A DNA stretch of 64,000 nt from Ginglymostoma cirratum (lineage: Eukaryota), in the NCBI GenBank assembly GCA_024137785.1, contig JAHRHZ010000140.1:19524760-19588759 (forward strand). Direction: 5' to 3'. The notes below the pieces were generated by a model that saw only the letters and a list, made by a program, of their open reading frames with translations, was not told the origin of the DNA and made no database searches. The translations under genes were made by a program, and so were the position numbers. Below are positions 12,650 through 23,705 of the stretch, piece after piece (the first letter of the stretch is position 1; every line of letters starts with the position of its first letter).

Positions 12650-14874
12650 ATTAGACCTCCTGTACCTCCACACTTGAAAGTAGCCAGCAACATTCCAGAT
12701 GTGTCAGAAACGTGGATCAAGAGGACAACCTGTAGCAGAGTGACATCACAACCACAAAGTGAAGCAATAATGATAAGTGATGAACATAGACTGTCCGAAA
12801 AGAAACCAAAAAATGTACAATTTCCACTCAAAGTGGGAAAGATGAATTTCTGTTCACGATTATAAAAGATAAGTATGTTTGTCTTATCTGTCACCAAAGT
12901 ATATCAACAACTTAAAATGGGAATTTGGAATGATAGCACGAACAATGCGCAGTAATTTCAGTGATAGTCTGGCCCTTCAATAGCATGTGGCAGATGGAGA
13001 ACATTGAAGAGCTGAAGGACATTTTGAAAACTCAACAATCACTTTTTCCTGAATCGGCAGCTAAAGGTAAGGCCTGCATTGAAGCATCACTTCACTTTTT
13101 CCTTCTTCTGGCAAAATACAAGGAATCATTCACAGATGATGAAGTAATTAAAGAAGCAATGACTGTGACCATTGACTCTTTATTCAAGACTTTAAGAGCA
13201 AAGAAGAAATAATAACAGTAACTCAAAGCATTTCACTTGATGCTTCCATGGTAGAAAACGAGTGGAGTCTTTGTTTGAAAATGCTTTTCAGTACCTACAG
13301 CAGGACCTGAAGGACTGTGAATGCTTCTCAGTGCAGTTCAGTAAATCCATCAACATGATCAATGCAGCCCACCTAATTTTATTCGTAAACATGTTTATTA
13401 ATGACACAGGACCTTCTTGTGGTCTGGTGGTAATGTCCCTACCCCAAGACTAGGAGGCCCGGGTTCAAGTCCCAAATGTTCCAGGTGTGTGTAATAACAT
13501 CTGTGAACAGGTTGGTTAGAAAAATAGGATTATGTCATAACAACTAAAGAATATCTTCTCACTCTTTTGCCCCTTAAAGGGAGAACAAGGGATGAAGGTA
13601 TCTGCAGCAAATAAAAAAGATTCGTGATTAAGACAAACATTCCAAGAAGAAACTGGTTTCAATAACTACTGATGGCGTACCAGCTATGCTTGCAAAGCCC
13701 AAATGCAGGCTTTGTTGCATTTTGCTGAAATGATCCTGATTTCCTCTCTTCTGTTAATTACCATTGTATTAGTGGCTAAAGCTGTGGCTTTTTCTCATGT
13801 AATGAAAGTTGCTGTTAATCTTGTAAACTAAATTCGAGCAAGAGCCCTTCAGCACCACATGTTTAAATCCTTAGTTAATAAATCTGATGCTGCCTACAGT
13901 GAGCTAATTTCCATGTTGATGCGATGTGGTTAAGTCAAAAGAATGTCCTGCAAATATTTTTTGATCTGATGCTTGAAATCAGCTTTTGTTAAACCAAGGA
14001 ATGAATTGTGCTGTGAGCTGTACAACTTTGAGTTCCATAATAGACATAATGTCAAAACCGAACGAGTTGAACTGTGAACTGCAAGGAAAGGACAGAGACT
14101 CCGCACACATGATGTCAATACATTCAATTTGAATCTGGGCCTGTAGCCCTCCCAATTTTTAAAAGGTAAAAAGCTGCAACAATTCCCAAGCCTGGGGACA
14201 ATATCACAAAAAAAACTACGACAAAGAAAAGAAATGGTTCCATCCAGAAAACCTCTGTGCATACCTGAGGAAGGTAGCAAGGAATTTAACAGGCTATTTC
14301 AAGAATTAGATATGATGAAATAAATCATTGTATTTGTCTCAAATTCATTCCTACAAGTAGACGTTGTTGGGCTAGACACCGAATTCCATCAAGTCTTTGA
14401 TGTACAAAGCAGTGGAGCTGATATGGAGATGATTACTGTGTAAAATATTATTGAACTGAAAGAGAAAGGGACATTGGTTTTTGGAGACTCGTGAACAGAG
14501 AAAAATACCTGCTTCTATCATTCTGTGCTTTTAAATTGAGTGCTTAATTTGATTCCGCATACCTTTTGATACGTTGTTCTACGAAATGATGACATCAAGT
14601 GCAAGTATTGCCCCCTCCTCACACATACCCATTTGATGGACTGGAAATGACTCACGGTCTCAAATTGCAGTTGAGACTTCAAAGTGCTAGCAGACAATGT
14701 GCGGTCACTGTATTCGGTCAATAGGAGCCAAACTGGATAATAATATATACATGATTACAAGATTTATGCAGCACTGAAAATAATCTATTTGTTCTATATT
14801 TTCTTTGGAATAGATCTTGGATTGCATTTAAATTCAAAAAGTAATCTTGTGCTCAAAAAGGTTGGAGACCACCG
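12650..14874 (+). mobile_element. Decayed hAT (Charlie/SPIN, GTF2IRD2-like) DNA transposon
   Basis: Frameshifted transposase pieces: FHSKWEDEFLF..CLIC (BED finger), KESFTDDEVIKEAM, CECFSVQF, TTDGVPAM, WLS and FW..REKY. Right TIR aaaaaggttggagaccaccg ends at 14874; left TIR not found. Confidence 0.85.
13410..13528 (+). mobile_element. Short tRNA-derived SINE inserted in the hAT transposase
   Basis: TGTGGTCTGGTGGTAATG..GGGTTCAAGTCCC..GTGTGTAATAACATCTGTGAACAGGTTGGTTAGAAAAA interrupts the transposase homology. Confidence 0.8.
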
Positions 14875-15857
14875 TATTATATCCACATTTAGGAACAGAC
14901 TGGACCTCAGTTTAACTTGTTATCCAATAGAAAATCTTTAACAGCGCAGCAGCTCCACAACGCTGCTTATCACAAAGCCAAGCTAATACCATCATTGTGC
15001 TCAAAAACAGAACAAGATGATCAGAATGTTTGAAAGTAAATGTGGCATATTCTTTTGGGATTTGATTTCTGATTGCATCAGGAAACCTCTTCAAGATGCT
15101 GTGTTGACCTTTGTTCAAAAATGAGATTCAAAGGTCTTTCTTTCATCCGAAAGAGATGTCGCAATCTAGTTCTCACAGTCTTGATCTCCACTAGCAATTC
15201 CTCAGCACTGGCAAATCAGAATATTGGTAGGATCGAGAGATAGAGTTTGGCATTGCAAAGCCCCATACATGATCTTTTGTATGAAGGTTTTGTGTTGTGG
15301 ATAAAATTGTATTCAAAATAAACAATAGTTTGCATATGCTACAACAAAACAGCCTTGAGTATTTTCTACATGTTTCTTTTTATTGTAACTTGGTATCAGG
15401 TTAATTTTAGTTGGTTTTCCCTCTCTTCCTTATGGAAGCCAACAATCTAATCCACACTAACATGCACTTTAGGGAATTAATCTCTCCGGACTCCAGCAGT
15501 GAGTAAAATCCATCAGTCGTATTGAAGACAAAACTGATTCAATTTAGAGGAAATATGGAAGATTCATCAAAAATCAATTCCCAAATAATCAAGGGCCCTA
15601 TCTGTCAGTCTTGCCCCAGATTCTAGGGATGGTGTCACTCAGATGATCATCACAGCATATTGATCTGCATAATTCATCTCTTAGAAGGAAACTAGCCTAG
15701 AGATGCTCTGCCCCAATTCATTAAGGCCAAGACAAGTGGTGACTACAAAATTCCTGCACAATGCAGACTAAGGTAATAAATTCTTGCTGGGCTTGCCTAC
15801 ATTATCCAAAGGTTTATTGCCTTTTTAAAGATGTCAGTTACTATGATGTACTGATAA

Positions 15858-15940
15858 TTCCTGAATGTAGATTTAATACAGTAGTCTACAACCTTTTTAA
15901 GCACAAGATTACTTTTTGAATTTAAATGCAGTCCAAGAGA
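15858..15940 (-). repeat. Inverted copy of the hAT right end plus flank (pairs with 14812-14895)
   Basis: ttcctgaatgtagatttaatacagtagtctacaacctttttaagcacaagattactttttgaatttaaatgcagtccaaga is the reverse complement of 14812-14895 with a few substitutions. Confidence 0.9.
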
Positions 15941-17289
15941 TGTATGTGGGAACTGCCCCAAAAACCTAGACAGGAAACGGGTGGCGGTGTGGGCAATGAA
16001 ACCGTAGATCCCATTTCATTGTGATAGAAATCAGATTTCCTTCTCTCTTCAGCCTCAGTAATGTCAAGGTAATTATGTTTAGTTAACCAATGTGAATAAA
16101 CTTAGAAATGCTGAGATTTAGACCTTTCTTGTCTTGGAATGAATGTTCCAATTTTTAGCTTTAGGTACTATCAGATTTAAATTCATCAGGTGGTATTATT
16201 TTCTATAAAGGAATTTTGGACACAATATATTGGCATGCTACCAAGAAGGGTGAAATACAATTTTTGCAGATTATATGAACAGTGCTTGTTTGTAACAGTG
16301 AAGTTATAGCAAACTGACAGATATTTTACTTAAAATAATTCATTTTGAGCACAGGGATCCCTAGAATAGCTGATATCTGTAAATGTAATTTTAGCAATTA
16401 AATGAGGAATGAGGTTCATTGTGATATCAGTAACATATCACACTGCAGAAATCACTGCAAAAGATGATACATGTGCACTTAACACCATTGCTATTTCCTG
16501 CAAACATTCTTTAGTGTTGTCTAAGGTGCAAGGACCAGAAAGGTTTAATATTGAGGGCTGCCATAAGCATTACCCACAATGAGAATAATGGAAGGACTTG
16601 TGGGAAGAACAGTTGAGAATTTTGATGGATTAGGCTGAACATCTGGTCCTCAAAGTCTCTGTAATATGTAACTAACATATTATAACAAACTATTTCTTGT
16701 TCAATACAAGAGCCTCTTTTAGTTAAATCAGTATGTAGCTTTCCTCTGCCACAATAGATCAAGCAGGCCATGTAGATCCCTTTACTTAAAGAAGGTGGTG
16801 GTAGCAAACCTATGCCACAGTGAAGTGCAAGTTGGTTTTGCTGCACATACAACTGGTTGGAAATACTGCAGATCTGATTTGACTGCTCATACAACACAAG
16901 GTGAACAGCACTGTGAGATCTTCAGACGCACCACTAAGTCACCTCCTTGTATTGTACAGCATAGTCAGCAGCAGGGAAGAACTGAAGATTAACGAATTGC
17001 AGAAACCCTTGTGCCAAGTTTCAACAAGAATGAATCCACAGTGAATGCATCAGACCTAGTAAGTGATGTGCTGCAACAAATGAGTTAGGAGCTCCCTACA
17101 GAAGGAGAAACACTTACTTCAAAACAACCACAGTGGACTGCATCGTATAGCAGTGTCAGTAGGAACAAGTCAGGGTTCAGCCAGAAAGCAAACAGACATT
17201 GGCGGCTCATTGAGTATAGTTAAAACCCCCGGTGAACAAGAGAAAAACCTTATGAAACACCAGTGTTACAGGCTTAGGAGGCAAAAAGT

Positions 17290-17412
17290 AGGGAAAGGTC
17301 TAGGCCCGAAACGTTAGCTTTCCTGCTCCTATGATGCTGCTTGGCCTGCTGTGTTCATCCAGCTCTACACCTTGTTATCTCAGATTCTCCAGCGTCTGCA
17401 GTTCCTACTATC
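17290..17412 (+). repeat. Penelope-type terminal repeat (half hammerhead)
   Basis: ggtctaggcccGAAACGTTagctttcctgctcc..gatgctgcttggcctgctgtgttcatccagctc; same family as 48317, 57380 and 61482. Confidence 0.75.
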
Positions 17413-20400
17413 TTGGAAAGTACTTACAGTTCAGATAAAAGATTGCTGCCATAGCATGTGGATACTACAAGGCACAGATATGCCAATGGAAATCATAGGC
17501 CACAAAAGCAATCTAAACATAGATTAGGGACCCAGGGATGTCACACAGCCAGAATTAAAGCAACTAGGAGGCCTATTAGAAACCTCAGCATCCTTGGTGT
17601 AATGGATGAAGAAAGTTAGGCTTCTTTATTTCAGCTGCAGAACAGGTGGAAGATCAGATCATTAAAACCACGTTACAATCAGGAAGCTTTTACTTAAATT
17701 GTGGGGAGTGGGTATGACACAAGGAAAACTATTTTCTAATTTAGTAAACTGTGCTTAAAGTGTGCAGGATTTGTTCAGTAAAGATATTGAATACCTAATT
17801 TCATCTGATTGATATGCATTTCCCATTCTCCCATGTGCAGAGAACAGCTAGCTGGCCCGTTGTGAAAGTCAGACCAGTTACTGCACGGTCTTCCAGTCCT
17901 CCTCCTTGGACAGCAGTCGCCACCATCACAGGACATACTCAATGGGCAGGGACCACACACACCCAACATCCATGGACATTGGCATCCTTCATGTAACAGC
18001 CTCACCACTTCATTATGGAATCCTTGGCATCTTATGCATTGGCATCTTTCATTGCAATACTGCTGCTACACTGTGTGCAGTTACAGACACCCATCTCAGG
18101 GATTAGAGGAGGGTGTATCACCTCAGAACTCCTTGCTTGAATACTTAGCACTCACTAACTTTGCACCTATTTGGATTCTCACACATCCCTGCCTTACCTT
18201 GCCTTTTTGTGCTTTTTGAGCAGATTAGTTAGCTTTTCATCCCTGAGTCGCATAAAGTACAAGTAAATGGAAATAATACTGACTACACAGTACCATAACT
18301 GAAATTTATTATTTATGCATCTAACAGATGGCACTTTATGGTCTTTCAGTGCAAATTGGTTAAAATGGCTATGTTGCTCTACTCCATGACAATATACAAC
18401 AAAAGAGGCTTAGACAGTTTGTAATGAACGCCTAGGTGCTATTTTCAATTCCCTCATTATGTGGACATGCATCTCTTCAAGTTGTGTGATCCAGATGGTC
18501 TCTGACTAACAATGAATGGATTGATTATGCATTGAATAGGCACAATACCAGGCTTCAATGTTCCTGGCTTTTGCTCCTGTCCAGAAATGTAATCCCATTG
18601 AACAAAGCAGTGACACAGATTTGCATTTCTTAATATAACCAGATCAGTGGATGTATGACATTTGCTACTGGCATAATTGCATACGTTAAAAATGAGAGGA
18701 ATTGTCGTAACATTTCTTGATCAACAAGGTAAGGAATTTCAATAGAAAAGGAAATATTTTTTCTAATAGTTACACCCAATCTGAGTAGCAGGTATTTTTA
18801 GGTGATAAATTAGATACAGGATAAATTTCCCTTCACATTGTCACAACAAGACCTAATCTCATTAATCCATTTTTTTTTTGCATTCAATATCAGCATTATG
18901 CACAGATAATTCAGATATAGCATTACTGAAGGGCAGAATTAAGCTACCCTCTCTCAATAATGTAAGTTAACTGAATCTCAGACACCAAGTCTGTCTGAGT
19001 TCTTGTGACATTTCAATTTCCCAAATTAGCCATCCTTATACACTTTAAATCAAATTGCCGATTTAATGCCAATTAGTGCTAATTTATGAGCAGTTTTATG
19101 CTGTGGAGTCATACTCAGTAGAAAATATATTGAAACTTTCTAATATAATTTGATTGATGGCCCATCTATCTCCAAGAATGTAGACTTCCAATAGAGCTTT
19201 CCTGTCAAATTCAGTATGCTGGGTTTGCCAATCTCCTTACAGCAAGTACTGAAATATAATGTAGTTAGAATGGGCAGAGTCACTTTCATATAGTTATTGA
19301 AATTGGTGTCCTTTGTCCTTTTATTTCTGAATCCATAGCACTACAATAATAGGTTATTACCCATTTCCAAATGTCCTGAAGTGGCTTTGTTTAATTATTT
19401 TTATAACAGTTTGGGTCCATTCAAGAGGGCTATTGTGAAACACACAACTGAATTGTCACAGACCAAATTTATGGATGTTCTTTTCAAAGAATCTTAATGA
19501 GTGAAAGTGCGTCAAAGTCTCTGAGTGATTTGTCCAAATTGAAATAACTTGCAGCAGCAGGCTTTGAATTTCAAAATATAGATGATATATTAACGTATAC
19601 TTACCTTGGATATGACATCTCACACACACTGTCAAACACACAATGATTAGGAACAGATATGAAAAAGAATTTCAAGTTGTAGTGCAGTAATTATGGTCTC
19701 TTTTGGAGGAGGCCTGTAGTTTCTGTAGTAATTGTTGCTATTGCTGGAATGAAGGCTGGGTTAAAGCAAAAGATTTTCAATTTGCTGTGTGCTTTCGTGT
19801 AGTTGAATTGATAGGATATCAGCTCTCGGCTAAAATTGAAGTTGAATCAGGTTGACGTATTGCTGTTTTACATTGGTTGCATAGTTGGCTTGGAGCTGAT
19901 TCAGTGGCATTTTAGATGATTTTTCAGATGATATCCATCATAGTGTTCCTCTGATCCAAACAGCTTCTGCTGTTAGCTTGGAATTGTTTGTAATTTAATG
20001 AGGTATTTGTTTGGGTTTCAGGTCTTCAATTCTGGTACCAGTATGGAGCACAGGCCTGTCAGCTATCTTAACAGCTGATGAATTCATCTTAAAAATCTAG
20101 TTTTAAAGTCATTTGCCTCTTCATGCCGGTACTGGAAATGACATAGGGCATAAATAGAAAATATTGGAACTACTAAACAGTTTCCGCAGCTTCGTGAATT
20201 AAAATTTCAGTTCAATAGCCTTTCATCACATTAGGATTACCTGTGTGCAATACCATGGTTGATTGATCAGCTAAATTAAAGGGCGTTCTGTTGGATGTTT
20301 ATTGATTGGAAACATAAGGCTGGGTTTTGGATTTGGTTGGGAGGTGTTTGGCTTCATAAAATAGGGATATAAGAGTGAAGTCCAATATCTTCCCAACAAC

Positions 20401-21124
20401 ACAAGTTATTATCAATGGCACGAATGGGAGCAGCATGGCTGCCCAACAACCAGCAGGTGGCAATTAAACCAATCAATTGGCAATTAACAGCTACCTTCCA
20501 GGCCTATTGACATGTAGGAGACAAGTCCCAGCATGTGGAAAGATCAACTGGTGAGCTGTTGCAGCCTCTAAACAGTTTTATGGGATTGTGAGGGAGGAAA
20601 CCATCTCAGAGGGAAAATATATGGAAATGAAAATACCAGTCATACTGGTCTTCCATTTTGAAGTATATGAGTCAGATGGCTATATCTTACTGGGTTTCCC
20701 TTCATGGTTTCCTATTGGCTGCTTTATGACAAGGCTAGCATCACAGCACTGATATTTGTGGGAGAGTTTATCCTATCATTGGTGTCTGTCTCACCCTGGC
20801 AAAGTAAGAAGGAAAGAATACCTGACCTTTGGGGTCATAAGGGGGATTTTATTCCTGAGCCTCACCCTCTATCAACGGTGCAATTGAATCTGCCAAATTG
20901 TCAGTTTGGGCTGGCAACTTTGGAGTAGAGATGCCCTCCTTAGTTGGAACCCTGGGTGTCACCTTTCCTCCACCTGTGCTCAGAACTTGCTGTTAGTCCC
21001 AAGGGTAGGGAAACATGAAAGTCCCTTAACTCTATTTCTCCCTCCAGATATATTGCCAGACCTGCTGAGTATTTTCTGCTTTTATTTTCATCTTCCGTTA
21101 TTCACAGTATCTTGCCTTGGTACG

Positions 21125-21423
21125 ATGTCAGCATTTGTTGCCCATCCCAGAGGGCAGTTAAGAGTCAACCACATTGCTGTGGGTCTGAAGTCACATATAG
21201 TCCAGACCAGGTAAATATGACAGTTTCCCTCCCTGTAGGACATTAGTGAACCACCTGGGTCTTTTCAACAATCAACAATAGTTTCATAGTTATCATTGGA
21301 CTCTTAATTCAAAATTTTTATTGAATTCAGTTTTGTGACCTTCTGATTTGAACCTGAGTCCCCAGAATGGCTGGGTCTCTGGATTTATAGTCTAGCAGTA
21401 ATATCACTAGGCCATTACTTTCC
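21125..21423 (-). mobile_element. tRNA-derived SINE with LINE-type tail
   Basis: Minus head TGGCCTAGTGATATTACTGCTAGACT..GGTTCAAATC; tail GATGGGCAACAAATGCTG. Confidence 0.75.
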
Positions 21424-21524
21424 ATAAAACCTCTGTGTATTGGTCTAAAGCAATTACCAAATTTATTCAATTTCCACATTTTACTTTAAATATTCTGTTA
21501 ACCTTGCATTTACCTATTTTTAAT

Positions 21525-21735
21525 CAACCTGTTCAGAAACTTTGTACAACACACCTCTGGAACAGGTGGGACCTGAACCTGGGTCTTCTCTTGTGCCACA
21601 AAACCTCTCATTTGGGTTCAGATACCTTCCTAATCAATCTGTTCAGAAATGCTATTACATACCTCTGGAGTAGGTCGGCCTTGAGCCCAAACCTCTGGCT
21701 CTGAGGTAAAGATACTATCACTGTGCCATAACAGC
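21525..21735 (-). mobile_element. Two tandem short tRNA-SINE copies
   Basis: Two units, taatcaa(c/t)ctgttcagaaa..acacctctgga..ggtgggac/ggtcggcc..ctgtgcca. Confidence 0.7.
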
Positions 21736-22984
21736 CAATGAATTAGCTATTTACAGAGACGAGATTCAACAGGATTAATCCAGCCCCATGCTTGTTATCT
21801 CGGATTCTCCAGCATCTGCAGTACCTTTTATCTCTATTACAACAGTCTTCCTTCAGATTCCATTTCCTTATTAGCACAGATTTTTAACTCCTGATGTTAC
21901 ATAAATTAATTGAGATTACTTTCAAGAACAAAGCCTTGATACTTTTGATTATACAGTATTTTAGAAGAACAACATTAAATTCAGCAGAAACATTTCTATT
22001 TTATATGCACAGGTTGTTATTTTTAATGGATCAGTATGTGGTATTAAATTGAATCATCAAACACTAAAATAAATAATTCAAAACATGCATTCAGATTCTA
22101 ATATTCCCTTTTCTACAAATAAAACTTTCTGGCTGCAGATTCTTAAAATGTAAAACTAAAGTGCTAAAACATACCTCCAAAATAGTCTAGATTCTGATTT
22201 AAAGTGCGCTATGAGCTAATGGAAAGAAACTGCATGACCTTGGGCAGAAATACAGTCAGTTGAAATATCAAAGATTTTTTGATGCGTGCAGCATTCACGT
22301 TCTTCTTTGCTCTTTGCAATGCCCTAGAGACAGAAATGCTTGTTAAAATGCAAACATTTATATTCTATAGCACACTCAGCCATGAATAAGGAGGCTGACA
22401 TGATGGTAGCTTTCAAGTAGAGACAATTATCTGTAGTAATGCAGTTTATCAGCATCTCATCTTTGTCTCAATTGACCCTTCAGGGTAAAGCATTGTCTCC
22501 TAGCAACACTTACAGCATTCATTTACCAATGTGAATTAACTTGGAGAAGTGAAATCTTGAAATACAGTTGAAGGTCCTGCAAAGTCTAATGTTCAGCAGT
22601 CCTTTGTATAAGACTACTTAAAGCATGTACTATGGCAGGGACATTTTGTTGGAAGCATGATCTACTGGGAGCACACACGATATGTAATGTTCCTTTTTTT
22701 TGCCACCTTTTCAAAACAGACCCTGATTAATTAAAAATATTTTTAATTAAATTCTCATGCTTTGGAATGGGGAAGAGTTCTGTGAAACCTACTTGAAGAA
22801 CAGGCTTCCTTTCCATTAATGGAAGTATAAAGGCCTTTACCTAATAGTGTGCAAGCCAGGTAGAATGAGAGGTACAGTTGTAGAAAACAGTTTTGGTCAC
22901 GACTGTGTGGTTTCAGTTATATCATTCACAGTAAGATAAGTGAAGTGGCGGGATGACAAGGTGGTGGAAATAATTCACGCACTT

Positions 22985-23320
22985 GATTGCACTGCTGGAG
23001 GTGCTGTCATTCAGAGGAAATATTAAATAAGGTCTTGTCACCCTCTGTGGTGAATTTGAAAGGTTCAATCTCAATATTTTGAAGAAGAGTAAAGGCAAGA
23101 CATTTATCTTTTGTGCCTGGTCCAATATTTATCCCTGAATCATCATCAGTTTAAAAAAATCCACTCATTAGTAAATGGGTGTTTGTGGGAGCTAGCGTTT
23201 TGCAAATTGGCTGCTGTGTTTATAACATTATCGTAAATGAATAATTTTTGAAGTCACTGATATAAAGAACTTTAGGACATCCAGTAGTCATGAAAGGCTC
23301 TCTTAAAAATGCAAATTCTT
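22985..23320 (+). mobile_element. DeuSINE (SacSINE1-like)
   Basis: gcactgctggaggtgctgtc..gaagaagag..cctggtccaatatttatccct..tgtttgtgggagct..gcaaattggctgc..tgaaaggctct..aaatgcaaattctt. Confidence 0.75.
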
Positions 23321-23330
23321 GTTTGGTTAA

Positions 23331-23616
23331 GGTCAGAAGTCACATGACACCAGGTTATAGTCGAACAGGTTTATTTGAAAACACAAGCTTTTTGAGCGCT
23401 GCTCCTTCGCAGGTAAAGTCACCTGACGAAGGGGCAATGCTCCAAAAGTTTATGATTTCAAATAAACCTGAGTTCTGAGCAAGGGTCACCAGACCGGAAG
23501 CGTTAACTCTGTTTTTTCCTTCACAGCAACTTTGTTTTTGTTCCTGTTGGACTATAACCTGGTGTCATGTGACTTCTGACCTTGTCCACCCTCAATCCAA
23601 CCCTGGCACCTCCACA
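23331..23616. mobile_element. Fold-back Penelope-type element (second family) with a nested insertion at 23471-23546
   Basis: Arms aaggtcagaagtcacatgacaccaggttatagtc.aacagg and ttggactataacctggtgtcatgtgacttctgacctt. Central CTGACGAaggggcaatgctccAAAAGTTT. Imperfect 14 bp TSD at 23317-23330 and 23617-23630. Confidence 0.8.
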
Positions 23617-23705
23617 TCTTGGTTGGGTAAATATGGAAAGACCCACATTAACATAGTGGCTTTTGGGATGTTCCAAATCATTTCAGTTTTTGAGGTGCAG
23701 TTACT

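Noticed and set aside
12961-13453. Domesticated ZBED/GTF2IRD2-like gene
   Set aside because: Multiple stops, frameshifts, a SINE insertion and a retained TIR indicate a dead transposon.
20450-20462. CTCF-like CCAGCAGGTGGCA
   Set aside because: It appears to lie in an old repeat-like segment, and a single motif match is insufficient.
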